A stretch of 64,000 bases of DNA from Vicinamibacteria bacterium. GTDB taxonomy: Bacteria; Acidobacteriota; Vicinamibacteria; Marinacidobacterales; Marinacidobacteraceae. Position numbers and translations under genes: made by a program. The stretch spans positions 2,336,001-2,400,000 of the forward strand of contig OY729431.1 of the NCBI GenBank assembly GCA_963422395.1, given 5' to 3'. The notes under the pieces are model-generated. The model was not told the DNA's origin. It made no database searches and saw only the letters and a list, made by a program, of their open reading frames with translations. The number at the start of each line of letters is the position of its first letter. Within the stretch, counting starts at the first letter, position 1. Positions 1 through 10,251 of the stretch are shown here, piece after piece.

Positions 1-527
1 TGGTGCGCGGCGAGCAGAGCGTTCAGGTCGCCTTCGCCAGCCGGTTCGCCGGCCACCCGGATTTCGCGAATCGAAGCGCCCGACCCGGTGTGGGCCATCA
101 GCCCGTCCGGATTTCCGGCTCTCGCGTGGTAGCCGATGAAGAAGACCGCGTCGAATGTGCCGTCGAGCCCCTGCATCATGCCGTAGGACTTCGCGTTGTG
201 GCTGATGAGCCGCGCCGGAGGGAGGAGATCCTCCACCCGCACATTCCGCATGCTCCCGTGGCTGTCGTTCACCAGGATCTCGACGGCGCCGGCATCGAGC
301 GCTCCCTGGACGGCGGCATTCAGATCGCTCATCATCAGGTCTCGGCCGCGGGAGTATTCGGCGCCCGACGCCGAGGTCATCTCGGAGTGCGCGATGCCGC
401 TGATGCCCTCCATGTCCACCGAGAGGAAGACTCGGAGCCCCTCCTGCCGCGCTGTCGGCAGCGAGCTGCCCGGCAGCGGCAGGAGCGCGAGGCCGAGGAC
501 GGCGAGGTGCGGCACCGCGCGCCCCAC
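1..527 (-). CDS. dppA: M55 family D-aminopeptidase (DppA-like) with hydrophobic N-terminus; runs off the window edge
   Basis: Manual minus-strand translation gives LRVFLSVDMEGISGI...VNDSHG...FIGYHA...AHT (M55 metal-binding motifs). Absent from the ORF track because no stop lies in the window. Confidence 0.85.
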   Translation of the reverse strand, partial: MGRAVPHLAVLGLALLPLPGSSLPTARQEGLRVFLSVDMEGISGIAHSEMTSASGAEYSRGRDLMMSDLNAAVQGALDAGAVEILVNDSHGSMRNVRVEDLLPPARLISHNAKSYGMMQGLDGTFDAVFFIGYHARAGNPDGLMAHTGSGASIREIRVAGEPAGEGDLNALLAAH

Positions 528-535
528 TCCGGGGA

Positions 536-1537
536 TCAGCAGCCCGGTTCGCGGAGCGAATCGAGCATCTCGTGGGCCACGACCGCCTGCGCTCCGTCGG
601 GATCGAGCTCGAGATAGCGCTCGAAAGCGGCGATCGCTCCCTCTCGGTCTTCCTGTCGGGCCTTCACCATCCCGAGCTGGACGAAGGCAGGAGCGAAATC
701 GGGATCGGCGACGGTGGCCCGCTCGTAGAACTGGTCGGCGAGATCTTCGCGGCCGGCGTTCGAGGCGTACACCGCATAGTTGAATAGATGCAACGCGTTG
801 CCCTCGACGAGTTCCATCACCCGGTCGAAAGCGGCGATCGCCTCCTCCCACTGCTGCATCCGGCCGTGGAGGTCGGCCACGGCGAGCAGCCCCTCCGCCA
901 TGCCGGGGCCGAGCTCGTGCGCCGTCTCGTAGGCCTCGATGGCGGCGGGATAGTCATCCATCTGCTCGAGGGTGGCGGCGAGGTTGAAATGAGCGGGGCC
1001 CGACCGGGGCTGCAACTCGATGAAGCCGCGGAACTCGGCGGCCGCGGCCGGGAAGTCTTCGACCTCGAAAGCCTCCTGGGCGGCAGCGAGGTGCTGTTCG
1101 GCGCGCATGGAGTCGGCCTGGCTGAGCACCCCCTCGGGAAGCGGTTGCAGGACCTCGTCGATGTAGGCCTGGCCGCCGTTGGTGACCGAAACCATCGCCT
1201 GGAGCGGCTGGTAGCCGTCGAGTTCGAAGGCGACCCGGTAGTTCTCCACCCGCACTCCGGCGCGGAGGAACTCTCCCTTCTCGTTCGTCTCGAGCCGGAT
1301 GGGCCGGCCGCCGCCGTCGAGGAGCACGATCTGGATCCGGACTCCGGCGAGCGGCTCGCCGTCGGGGTCCACGATCGTGCCCCGGATGGCGCCCCGCTGC
1401 GCGAACGCGGACGAGGCGGCGGCGAAGAGGAAGAGGAGGAAGACGCCCGCCCGAACCGGCAGCCGCAGCGTCAGGCCACCGCGGCCCGGACGACGACCGG
1501 AGTTGCCAGAACTGCCAGCCGGACCTGGACTCTGCAC
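536..1537 (-). CDS. Secreted TPR protein with N-terminal carboxypeptidase regulatory-like domain
   Basis: Signal peptide; GAIRGTIVDPDGEPLAGV beta-sandwich; multiple TPR helices. Confidence 0.85.
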   Translation of the reverse strand: MQSPGPAGSSGNSGRRPGRGGLTLRLPVRAGVFLLFLFAAASSAFAQRGAIRGTIVDPDGEPLAGVRIQIVLLDGGGRPIRLETNEKGEFLRAGVRVENYRVAFELDGYQPLQAMVSVTNGGQAYIDEVLQPLPEGVLSQADSMRAEQHLAAAQEAFEVEDFPAAAAEFRGFIELQPRSGPAHFNLAATLEQMDDYPAAIEAYETAHELGPGMAEGLLAVADLHGRMQQWEEAIAAFDRVMELVEGNALHLFNYAVYASNAGREDLADQFYERATVADPDFAPAFVQLGMVKARQEDREGAIAAFERYLELDPDGAQAVVAHEMLDSLREPGC

Positions 1538-1642
1538 GACGGTGATCCCTCCTGCCGGGGCTTGGAACCCCCTTCGGGAGGGGCGCCCATTCGAACCGGC
1601 GAACGAGTATAGCCCCGCCCCCGCAGCGCGCGAAGCGGCTGG

Positions 1643-2266
1643 TCAGCCGTCGGTCCGGGAGGCCGGCGGCCCGGCACTCTCGGCCAGGTCCGCGGCGAGG
1701 GCGGCACGCTGATCGGGGGTCAGTTCGGCTTCGGCGGCGAGGGCGGGAAGGTCGGAGCCCACCGCGGCCGGCGCCCTGCCCCCGGTATCGAAACGGAGGT
1801 ACTGGACCGAGGAGAGCCGGTCGCCGCCCACCTGCCGAGGGTCGTACTGCGCCCGCACCCGCACCCCGTCGTCGAGCCGCAAATAGAGGTGGTCGACGAG
1901 GCCGAGCCACTCCCGGAGCAGACGGTCGCGCCGCGCCGGGTCGTCTATCTCGATGAGCAGCGTGGCGCCGATCTCTCCGGGGCCGCCGAGCACCTCGTTG
2001 TAGGTGGAGATCTCGTGGCGGATGTCCGATTCGCGCACCATGCGCTCGACGCGGACCATTTCGAGGACCTGGTACCGCATCGTCTCGTGGTTCTCGAAGA
2101 GGAAGGTGAGGAAGGCCCCCACCGGGACGCGGCGACGGTCCTTGGCCGCCATCGCCGAAGCTCGGATCGCCGGGCGCTCGTCGGCATAGGTCTCGTAGTC
2201 GAGGATCTCTTCACGCCGGACCGGACGGCCGGCGCGTTCGGCCGCGGGCAGCGACGAGGAATTCAC
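1643..2266 (-). CDS. DUF3501 family protein
   Basis: FLFENHETMRYQVLEMVRVE and LSSVQYLRF motifs; follows rubrerythrin and FeS oxidoreductase; start approximate. Confidence 0.85.
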   Translation of the reverse strand: MNSSSLPAAERAGRPVRREEILDYETYADERPAIRASAMAAKDRRRVPVGAFLTFLFENHETMRYQVLEMVRVERMVRESDIRHEISTYNEVLGGPGEIGATLLIEIDDPARRDRLLREWLGLVDHLYLRLDDGVRVRAQYDPRQVGGDRLSSVQYLRFDTGGRAPAAVGSDLPALAAEAELTPDQRAALAADLAESAGPPASRTDG

Positions 2267-2273
2267 GGAGGAC

Positions 2274-3719
2274 TCAACGGCCTTTCCCGGCCGCCCCCGC
2301 ACTCCGCGATTCGTCCGGAGATCCTTCCGCAGGTCCTTCCGCAGGGGGTTCTTCGGGGGGCGGCAGCTTCTCCTCGAATCCGTCCGGCCGATAGGCGCGG
2401 GCGAGGACGGTCATGGGGTGGAGCGGCTTCTTCCCGGCGTGCTGCTCGAACTGGACTGCCGCGAGCGGGCAGTCGGTGGACCAGACCTCCGCGCCGGCAT
2501 CCTGCATCGAGGCGAACGCCTTGCGCCCCGCTTCGCGGGAAGCAGCGAACCCCTCGGTCTTCATGGCCCAGGTCCCGTCGTGGCCGGAGCATTCGAGGGT
2601 GGATACCGGAACCACCCCGGGGATCTTCCGGATCAGGTCGCGGGCGCGCATCCCCACCCCCTGCGCCCGAAGATGGCAGGGGGCGTGGTAGGCGACCCGG
2701 CCGCCGGGTGTCGAACGGAACCGAGTGCTGAAGCGCTTCTCGCGGCGGATGTTCCAAAGGTGCTCCGAGGGATCGCGGACCGCCGCCGCCAGCTGTCGGG
2801 CGCGCTCCTCGTCCTTCGGCTCGACCAGGACCGGGTACTCCTTGCGCATCAACATGGAACAGGTGGGATTCACCACGATCACCAGCGCTCCGGCCGCTAC
2901 GAAGGGCGAGAGGAGATCGAGGTTCCGGCCCGCGGCACGCTGCAGGGCCTCGAGATCTCCGGATTCCCAGGAGGGCATCCCGCAGCAGCCGAGCCCGGCC
3001 ACGCAGTCGGTCTCCACCTGGTTCTCGTCGAGCACCGCCAGCGTGTCCTTGCCGATGTCGGGCTCGTTGTTCTGGACATAACAGGTGGGGAACAGCACCG
3101 CTTCCCGCTTTCCGGCCGGCGCCGGGCGGCAGCGCGCCGCCCAACCGTCGAACGATTCGGAAGCGAACGGAGGCAGCAGCTTCTCCCGGTGGATTCCGAC
3201 GAGCTTTTCGAGGCAGTACCGCGCCGGCTTCGTGTTCTGGAGGGCGGCGGCGAAGGCCGGGGTCCGGCGCTGGATCCGGCCGGTCCGGTCGGGGTTCGTC
3301 AGCAGAGCGCTGCGGAGTGCGCCGCGGCCCGAAGGGGGTGCTTCGCGTCGGCGAACCGCGGCGTGGCGGTGGACCAGATTCGGAAAGTCGAGCTGGAATT
3401 CGTGCTCCTTGCCGGGGGTGTAGGGGCAGGCGAATTCGCACTGCTTGCACTGGAAACACGACGAGAGCACCGTCTGCTGCTCGCTCCCGGTCAGGGAACG
3501 GGGGTCGCCGTCCCGCGCCTCGTCGATGATCTGGAACAGATCCTTGAAGGTGTCGCAGTACTTGAAGCACATCCGGCACCCGTGGCAGATATCGAAGGCG
3601 CGGTCGAGTTCCGAACGCAGGCTCGCCGGGTCCCAGTAGCGTTCTTCCCGAGGGTCGTACGAGAGGTCCTTCCCCGGCAGAACCGAAGGCGGCGCTCCGG
3701 AGGGAGGAACCCGGCTCAC
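2274..3719 (-). CDS. Rubrerythrin-associated Fe-S oxidoreductase (GlpC-like, CCG domains)
   Basis: CHGCRMCFKYC and CFQCKQCEFACP 4Fe-4S motifs; CCG and CSGHDG motifs. Confidence 0.9.
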   Translation of the reverse strand: MSRVPPSGAPPSVLPGKDLSYDPREERYWDPASLRSELDRAFDICHGCRMCFKYCDTFKDLFQIIDEARDGDPRSLTGSEQQTVLSSCFQCKQCEFACPYTPGKEHEFQLDFPNLVHRHAAVRRREAPPSGRGALRSALLTNPDRTGRIQRRTPAFAAALQNTKPARYCLEKLVGIHREKLLPPFASESFDGWAARCRPAPAGKREAVLFPTCYVQNNEPDIGKDTLAVLDENQVETDCVAGLGCCGMPSWESGDLEALQRAAGRNLDLLSPFVAAGALVIVVNPTCSMLMRKEYPVLVEPKDEERARQLAAAVRDPSEHLWNIRREKRFSTRFRSTPGGRVAYHAPCHLRAQGVGMRARDLIRKIPGVVPVSTLECSGHDGTWAMKTEGFAASREAGRKAFASMQDAGAEVWSTDCPLAAVQFEQHAGKKPLHPMTVLARAYRPDGFEEKLPPPEEPPAEGPAEGSPDESRSAGAAGKGR

Positions 3720-3844
3720 TGCGGCGCTGCGAAAGCTCCGGACGGCAGAGTCGAGAACCGCAGCGAAACAGAACCGGGGGCAGCCGCCGCGGCTCCTCCG
3801 GAGCGGCTCTCAGGGAACCTCTCCGGCGTCCTCACTCTCCCCAC

Positions 3845-4264
3845 TCAGCTCAGATCGTCCAGCAGGCGCTGGAACCGGCCGGCATGAGACTTCTCGGCCT
3901 TGGCGAGCGTCTCGAACCAGTCGGCGATTTCGGAGAAACCCTCTTCGCGGGCGGTCCTGGCCATCCCGGGATACATGTCGGTGTATTCGTAGGTCTCACC
4001 GGCGACCGCGGCGGCGAGGTTCTGGGCGGTGTCGCCGATGGGCAGATCGGTGGCGGGATCTCCCACCGGCTTCAGATAGTCGAGGTGGCCGTGAGCGTGG
4101 CCGGTCTCGCCTTCCGCGGTCTCGCGGAAATTTCCGGCGACCGCCGGATAGCCCTCGATGTCCGCCGCCTTCGCGAAGTAGAGGTAGCGGCGGTTCGCCT
4201 GCGACTCGCCGGCGAAGGCGTCCTTCAGGTTCTGATGGGTTCTCGTACCTTTCAGGCTGGCCAT
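3845..4264 (-). CDS. rbr: Rubrerythrin (short type without rubredoxin domain)
   Basis: [21 protein letters not shown] and EKSHA di-iron motifs; ATG at 4264. Confidence 0.95.
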   Translation of the reverse strand: MASLKGTRTHQNLKDAFAGESQANRRYLYFAKAADIEGYPAVAGNFRETAEGETGHAHGHLDYLKPVGDPATDLPIGDTAQNLAAAVAGETYEYTDMYPGMARTAREEGFSEIADWFETLAKAEKSHAGRFQRLLDDLS

Positions 4265-4412
4265 GGGTCTCGTTGTCTCTCCGATTCCGCCGAAGCGGAG
4301 TTCTGGTCGGGAAGGCGGACGATCGGCGACCCCTGGAACGGCCCTCCCTGGTCCGGGCATCGGGAGTCTATCCGTATCCGATCCCTCCTCCGGTTCCGCC
4401 ATAATCCGGAGC

Positions 4413-5669
4413 ATGGTGAAGAAGCGCGAAACCCGGGTTCTCACGACGCGCCGTGAGATGTTGGCCGGGGCCGTCGGAACGGCGGCGGTCTCGGCCGCAG
4501 CGGTCGGGAGCGCGCAGCAGACCTCCGGACGCGTCCGCCCGCGGGCACCCGAGGACCCCACGAAGATGCAGGGCCGGGTACCGAGCCCGGTGGGAACCCG
4601 CTCCGCGTTCGAGACCCCCGAGCGGCTGGTGCGGGTGCTCGAACCCTCTTCTTCCTCGAGAACCCCGCTGCAGTACCTGCAAGGGGTGGTGACGCCCGCC
4701 GACCTCCATTTCGAGCGGCATCACGGCGGGGTGCCGACCATCGATCCGGAGCGCTACGAGCTGCTGATCCACGGGTTGGTGGAACGGCCGACGGTCTTTC
4801 GGCTCGCCGACCTGAAGCAGTTTCCCGCCGAGTCGCGGCTGCGTTTTCTCGAGTGCTCGGGCAACGGAGGAACCGCCTTCCAGAACCAGGGGCGCCGCCG
4901 GGATCTGAGCCCGCAGCAGATGGACGGGCTGACGAGCACCAGCGAATGGACCGGGGTCCCGCTGAAGCTGATCTTCCGCGAGGTCGGGGCGCTGCCCGAA
5001 GCCAGCTGGTTCCTCGCCGAAGCGATGGACGCCGCGGTGATGACCCGCTCGGTCCCCATGGAGAAGGCGTGGGACGACGCGATCCTCGCCTATGCGCAGA
5101 ACGGCGAACCGCTCCGCCCCGAGCAGGGCTATCCGGTGCGGCTGTTCCTGCCCGGGTGGGAGGGGAACGCCAGCGTGAAGTGGCTGCGGCGGCTGAAGCT
5201 CGCCGACCGGCCGTTCATGACCCGCGAGGAGACTTCCAAGTACACCGACCCGCTGCCCGGCGGAAAGGCGCGGATGTTCAGCTTCACGATGGATGCGAAG
5301 TCGCTGATCACCTTCCCGACCTTCCCCGAGCGGCTCGAGCGGCGAGGGCTCTGGGAGATCCGCGGGATCGCCTGGACCGGGCGGGGGCGGATCACCCGGG
5401 TGGAGGTCTCGACCGACGGCGGGGAGCGATGGGAGGACGCCGAACTGCAAGAGCCGGTGCTCCCGAAATGCCATGTCCGTTTTCGCAAGCTCTGGAAGTG
5501 GGACGGGCGGGGCGCCACCCTGATGAGCCGGGCGACCGATGAGACCGGCTACCTCCAGCCCACTCGCGAAGAGCTGTGGCGGGCGCGGGGTTCCTACACC
5601 CGGTATCACTACAACCAGATCCGCCCGTGGCGCGTGGAGCCGAACGGACAGGTCTTCTTCGCCGGCTGA
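4413..5669 (+). CDS. soxC: Molybdopterin sulfite/sulfane dehydrogenase, SoxC-like
   Basis: Tat signal TRREML; HFERHHGG; LECSGN Mo-ligand; QNGEPLRPEQGYP. Confidence 0.9.
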   Translation: MVKKRETRVLTTRREMLAGAVGTAAVSAAAVGSAQQTSGRVRPRAPEDPTKMQGRVPSPVGTRSAFETPERLVRVLEPSSSSRTPLQYLQGVVTPADLHFERHHGGVPTIDPERYELLIHGLVERPTVFRLADLKQFPAESRLRFLECSGNGGTAFQNQGRRRDLSPQQMDGLTSTSEWTGVPLKLIFREVGALPEASWFLAEAMDAAVMTRSVPMEKAWDDAILAYAQNGEPLRPEQGYPVRLFLPGWEGNASVKWLRRLKLADRPFMTREETSKYTDPLPGGKARMFSFTMDAKSLITFPTFPERLERRGLWEIRGIAWTGRGRITRVEVSTDGGERWEDAELQEPVLPKCHVRFRKLWKWDGRGATLMSRATDETGYLQPTREELWRARGSYTRYHYNQIRPWRVEPNGQVFFAG

Positions 5670-5752
5670 CCGCCCGCGGCGGAAGGCGCCCGGCGCTCCG
5701 ACGACGGCAGACGACGAAGACAGGCGGCCGCAGAGTTCCCGGAGGCTTGCAG

Positions 5753-6631
5753 ATGCAGGACATCCTCTCCACCAGCCTCCGGCGCGAGCCGCTCCGCCGC
5801 GCTTCGCCCAGCGGGAGGTCCCCTGCCCGGCACACCGGACCTGCTGCCCCCCGGAAGCGGGCTTCGCGGCTCGCCGCGGCGGTTCTCACGGCTCTCGGCG
5901 GGTGCACGGCAGAAGAGAGCAGCGCGCCTTCCGCCCAGCCGGCGGCAATCGCATCCCAGCCGGCGGCGACCGGACTCGAGTCGGCAGTACCCGCACCGAG
6001 TCCGGCGGAACCCACGCCCCCCCGGGCGGTCCCCGGCCCCTGGCCCGAACTCCATCCGGGGATGCCGGGACTCCTGAGCGAAGCGGAGCTCGCGGCGCTG
6101 CGGGCGGCGCGGGAACGGGCGCTCGCAGAGATCGCCGATCTGCCCGGGTTCGGCTTCGGAGAGCCGGCCAGTCCGGAACGGATCGCCGCCTGGGACATCG
6201 AGATCGGTCCAGACGGGGAAGGACTGCCCGCGGGACGCGGTTCGGTGGAGCGGGGACAGACGCTCTACCGATTGCAATGTGTCCAGTGCCACGGAGCGCA
6301 GGGCGAGGGGGCCGACTACGAAGCGCTGGTGGGGAGGGTTCCGGGGGACGCCTTCCCGTTTTCCGAGGACCGCCGCTGGCTCATCACGGTGGGGAGCTAC
6401 TGGCCCTACGCGACCACCCTCTTCGATTACATCCGGCGGGCGATGCCCCAGGCGGCGCCCGGAACCCTGCCCGCAGACGATGTGTACGCGCTCACCGCCT
6501 ACATCCTGCAGCTCAACGGGCTGCTCGAGCCCGGCGATTCGCTCGACGCCCGGACGCTGCCCCGGATCGTCATGCCGGCCCGGGACCGGTTCGTCTCGGA
6601 CGACCGGCGCGGGGGGCCGGAAGTGCGGTGA
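5753..6631 (+). CDS. soxD: Monoheme cytochrome c, SoxD-like, with lipobox-like LGGC and Pro-rich linker
   Basis: CVQCH; TVGSYWPYATTLFDYIRRAMP; start uncertain. Confidence 0.8.
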   Translation: MQDILSTSLRREPLRRASPSGRSPARHTGPAAPRKRASRLAAAVLTALGGCTAEESSAPSAQPAAIASQPAATGLESAVPAPSPAEPTPPRAVPGPWPELHPGMPGLLSEAELAALRAARERALAEIADLPGFGFGEPASPERIAAWDIEIGPDGEGLPAGRGSVERGQTLYRLQCVQCHGAQGEGADYEALVGRVPGDAFPFSEDRRWLITVGSYWPYATTLFDYIRRAMPQAAPGTLPADDVYALTAYILQLNGLLEPGDSLDARTLPRIVMPARDRFVSDDRRGGPEVR

Positions 6632-8361
6632 AACCCGCGAACGACCGAGAGCAGCCTCCCCGGAACGCGTCCCCGAACACGGGCCGGAACCCGAGATCGG
6701 CGGCGCCCGATTTCATTCGGGCCGCGATCGCTGCGGACCGGGAGGCGGGGAAACACGGAGGCCGAGTGAGCACGCGATTCCCTCCCGAACCCAACGGCTT
6801 CCTCCACATCGGCCACGCCAAGTCCATCGTGCTGAACTTCGGAGTCGCCGCGGAGAACGGCGGGGCGTGCAACCTCCGCTACGACGACACGAACCCCGCG
6901 AAGGAAGAGGCGCTCTATGTGGAGTCCATCGCCGAGGATGTGGGCTGGCTCGGCTACCGGCTGCCGGGCCCGGCGTACTTCGCGTCCGACCACTTCGACC
7001 GTCTCTACGAGTTCGCCGAGGTGCTCATCCGCCGCGGGAAGGCGTATGTGGACAGCCTGAGCGCCGAGGCGGTGCGCGAGTCGCGGGGAACGCTGGAAAC
7101 CCCCGGGACCGCGAGCCCCTTCCGTGACCGCGGGGCCGCAGAGAACCTCGACCTCTTCCGGCGGATGCGCGCCGGAGAGTTCGCCGACGGGGCGCATGTG
7201 CTCCGCGCTCGGATCGACATGACTTCGCCGAACCTGAACCTGCGCGATCCGACGCTCTACCGGATCCGCCGAGTGCGGCATCACCGGACCGGACACGACT
7301 GGTGCATCTACCCGATGTACGACTTCGCCCACGCGCTCTCCGACTCGATCGAGGGGATCACCCACTCGCTCTGCACCCTCGAGTTCGAGGACCACCGCCC
7401 GCTCTACGACTGGTGCGTGGCCGAGAGCGGAGCGAATTTCGTCCCCCGGCAGATCGAGTTCGCCCGGCTGAACCTGAGCTACACCGTGCTCAGCAAGCGC
7501 CGGCTGTTGCAGCTGGTTACGGCGGGAAAGGTCTCGGGGTGGGACGATCCCCGGATGCCGACCCTCGCCGGGATGCGCCGGCGCGGGATTCCGCCGGCGG
7601 CGATCCGCAGTTTCTGCGAACGGATCGGCATCGCCAAGCGCGACAGCACGGTGGACATCGCGCTCCTCGAACACGCGATCCGCGAGGAGTTGAACCGGAC
7701 GAGCCCCCGGCGGCTGGGCGTCCTCGACCCGGTGCGGCTGGTGGTCGAGAACTATCCGGAAGACGGAGAAGAGTGGTTCGAGGCGGGGAACAACCCCGAA
7801 GACCCCGCCGCCGGCTTCCGGCGGATCCCCTTCTCCCGGGAGCTCCTGATCGAACGGGCGGACTTCTTCGTGGACCCGCCCCGGAAGTTCTTCCGCCTCG
7901 CTCCGGGGCGGGAGGTGCGGCTTCGCTACGCCTTCCTCATCACTTGCACTGGCTTCGAGCAGGACGGCGAGGGGCGGATCACTTCGATCCGCTGCCGCTC
8001 GGACCCGGCGAGCCGAGGAGGGAACGCCCCCGACGGACGGCGGGTGCGGGGCACGCTCCACTGGGTTTCGGCGCGGCACGCGGTACCCGTCGAAGCGCGC
8101 CTCTACGACCGCCTCTTCCGGGTGGCAGAACCCCGGCGCGAAGGAGACTTTCTCGAGGATCTGAACCCCGATTCGGTGCAGGTGGTTTCGGCGCGGGTCG
8201 AGCCCTCCGTGAGGGAACTCCCGCCCGGCGCGCGGATCCAGCTCGAGCGGCTCGGATACTTCGCCGCCGACTCCCGGGACCATCGCCCCGAAATTCCGGT
8301 GTTGAACCGGACGGTGACGCTCCGCGACGCCTGGTCCCGACTGCTGCATCGAAGCGGCTAG
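6628..8361 (+). CDS. glnS: Glutamine--tRNA ligase
   Basis: RFPPEPNGFLHIGH, HSLCTLEF, LSKR; GTGA overlap with upstream stop. Confidence 0.95.
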   Translation: MKPANDREQPPRNASPNTGRNPRSAAPDFIRAAIAADREAGKHGGRVSTRFPPEPNGFLHIGHAKSIVLNFGVAAENGGACNLRYDDTNPAKEEALYVESIAEDVGWLGYRLPGPAYFASDHFDRLYEFAEVLIRRGKAYVDSLSAEAVRESRGTLETPGTASPFRDRGAAENLDLFRRMRAGEFADGAHVLRARIDMTSPNLNLRDPTLYRIRRVRHHRTGHDWCIYPMYDFAHALSDSIEGITHSLCTLEFEDHRPLYDWCVAESGANFVPRQIEFARLNLSYTVLSKRRLLQLVTAGKVSGWDDPRMPTLAGMRRRGIPPAAIRSFCERIGIAKRDSTVDIALLEHAIREELNRTSPRRLGVLDPVRLVVENYPEDGEEWFEAGNNPEDPAAGFRRIPFSRELLIERADFFVDPPRKFFRLAPGREVRLRYAFLITCTGFEQDGEGRITSIRCRSDPASRGGNAPDGRRVRGTLHWVSARHAVPVEARLYDRLFRVAEPRREGDFLEDLNPDSVQVVSARVEPSVRELPPGARIQLERLGYFAADSRDHRPEIPVLNRTVTLRDAWSRLLHRSG

Positions 8362-8464
8362 TCGTGATCCTCCGTCCCCGGGCGCCCAGGTCGAAATCGC
8401 TTCCCGAACGGTCGAAGCGCGCCCTAGGATTCCTGTTCTCCGCTCCGTCTGGAGGCGAATCCTC

Positions 8465-10135
8465 ATGCGCTTTTCGGTTCTGCCGCCCCTCTTGATCCCG
8501 CTGCTCACGGGCGCCTCGATGGCGCTCGCCGGAAGCGATCGGCCCGCGAAGGACACGAAACTCGGACGTTCGCCGGTGCTCTCCCGGAACGGAATGATCG
8601 CCGCCAGCCAGCCGCTCGCCTCGGCTGCGGGCCTGCGGGTGCTGATGAACGGCGGCAACGCGGTGGACGCCGCGATCACCGCGGCGGCGGTGCTGCAGGT
8701 GGTCGAGCCGATGATGTGCGGTATCGGCGGCGACCTGTTCGCGTTCTACTACGAGGCCGAGACCGGCGACCTCCACGGCCTGAACGCCACCGGGCGCGCC
8801 GGATCGCGGGCGGATGCCGCCGCGCTCCGCGCCGAGGGGCTCACCCGGATGCCGGGGAGCGGGCCCCGGGCGGTCACCGTGCCGGGAGCGCTCGACGGCT
8901 TCGAAGAGCTCGTGCGCCGCTTCGGGACCCGCCCGCTCGGCGAGCTCCTCGAACCGGCCATCCAGTACGCGGAAGAAGGGTTTCCGGTATCCGAGGTCAT
9001 CTCGGTCCAGTGGAAGGCGGCCGAAGCGCGGCTCGCCCGCCATCCGGCGACTGCGGCGGCGTACCTGGTGGACGGCGAGCGCGCGCCCGAACACGGCGAG
9101 GTGTTCCGTTCTCCCGACCTCGCCCACTCGTTCCGAAAGATCGCTGCGGGCGGGGCCGATGTCTTCTACCGCGGCGAGATCGCCGAGGCGATCCACGACT
9201 TCATGGAGGAGACCGGCGGATTCGTGACCCGCGAGGATCTCGCTCGGCACGACTCGAGCTGGGTGGAACCCATCAGCACCAGCTACCGGGGGGTGGAGAT
9301 CTTCCAGATCCCCCCGAATTCGCAGGGATTCGTGGCGCTCGAGATGCTGAACATCCTCGAGGGCTACGACGATCTCCCCTCCCTCGGACACAATTCGGCG
9401 GCCTATCTGCACCGGCTCATCGAGGCCAAGAAGCTGGCGTTCGCCGATCGGAACGCCTACCTCAGCGATCCGGAACACATGCGGGCGCCGCTCGAGACGC
9501 TCATCTCGAAACCCTACGCGGCGGCGCGCCGCTCGGAGATCCGGGCCGACCGCGCAGCGCGCGAAGCGGCTCCCGGGATGACCGACGACGGCGACACCAT
9601 CTATCTGACGGTGGTGGACCGGGATCGAAATGCCATCTCGCTGATCTACAGCATCTTCGGCAGCTTCGGCTCCGGGCTGGTCGTGCCGGGGACCGGCATC
9701 GCGCTGCAGAATCGGGGCACCGGATTCTCGCTCGCAGCGGGGCACCCGAACGAACTGGCTCCGGGCAAGCGGGCGCTCCACACGAACATGCCCGGCATGG
9801 CGTTCCGCGATGGCCGGCCGTGGCTCGCCTACGGAGTGATGGGAGGCGACATGCAGCCCCAGGGACACACCCAGGTGCTGCTCAACCTGATCGATTTCGG
9901 CATGTCGGTCCAGAAAGCCGGGGAAATGCCGCGCTTCCGCCACGGCGCTTCCGGGGTGGGCATCGAATCCGGGGTGGATTCCGACACGCTCGCGGAACTC
10001 ACCCGAATGGGCCACTCGGTGATGACTCGCTTCGGCGCCTACGGCGGCTACCAGGCGATCATGATCGACTGGGAGAATGGGGTCCTGCTCGGGGGCTCCG
10101 ACCCGCGCAAGGACGGCGCGGCCATGGGATATTGA
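8465..10135 (+). CDS. ggt: Gamma-glutamyltransferase family protein
   Basis: GGNAVDAAI; GD|TIYLTVVD autocleavage Thr; GVMGG; SDPRKDG. Confidence 0.92.
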   Translation: MRFSVLPPLLIPLLTGASMALAGSDRPAKDTKLGRSPVLSRNGMIAASQPLASAAGLRVLMNGGNAVDAAITAAAVLQVVEPMMCGIGGDLFAFYYEAETGDLHGLNATGRAGSRADAAALRAEGLTRMPGSGPRAVTVPGALDGFEELVRRFGTRPLGELLEPAIQYAEEGFPVSEVISVQWKAAEARLARHPATAAAYLVDGERAPEHGEVFRSPDLAHSFRKIAAGGADVFYRGEIAEAIHDFMEETGGFVTREDLARHDSSWVEPISTSYRGVEIFQIPPNSQGFVALEMLNILEGYDDLPSLGHNSAAYLHRLIEAKKLAFADRNAYLSDPEHMRAPLETLISKPYAAARRSEIRADRAAREAAPGMTDDGDTIYLTVVDRDRNAISLIYSIFGSFGSGLVVPGTGIALQNRGTGFSLAAGHPNELAPGKRALHTNMPGMAFRDGRPWLAYGVMGGDMQPQGHTQVLLNLIDFGMSVQKAGEMPRFRHGASGVGIESGVDSDTLAELTRMGHSVMTRFGAYGGYQAIMIDWENGVLLGGSDPRKDGAAMGY

Positions 10136-10197
10136 GCCGCCCGCTCGCCGGAGGGATCGGCCGGGGTTCGGACCGCGAATTCCGAGCCGTAGAAATG

Positions 10198-10220
10198 ATC
10201 TTGGAATTCGATTTCAAGAT
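10198..10220. promoter_or_regulatory. AT-rich imperfect palindrome, putative Fur/Irr-type iron operator
   Basis: ATCTTGGAATTCGATTTCAAGAT immediately upstream of the TonB receptor. Confidence 0.5.
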
Positions 10221-10251
10221 TGTAGGATGCCGGGAAGGAATCACTCGATCC

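Noticed and set aside
3720-3844. GGAGAG and CTCTCAGG motifs suggesting a glycine riboswitch
   Set aside because: The motifs lie on opposite strands, the core is incomplete and the gene context is wrong
8716-10251. Apparent 1249-aa fusion to the TonB receptor, and similar N-terminal extensions of glnS, sufS, mnmA and moxR
   Set aside because: The extensions overlap other real genes; internal starts with RBS or stop-start overlaps explain them
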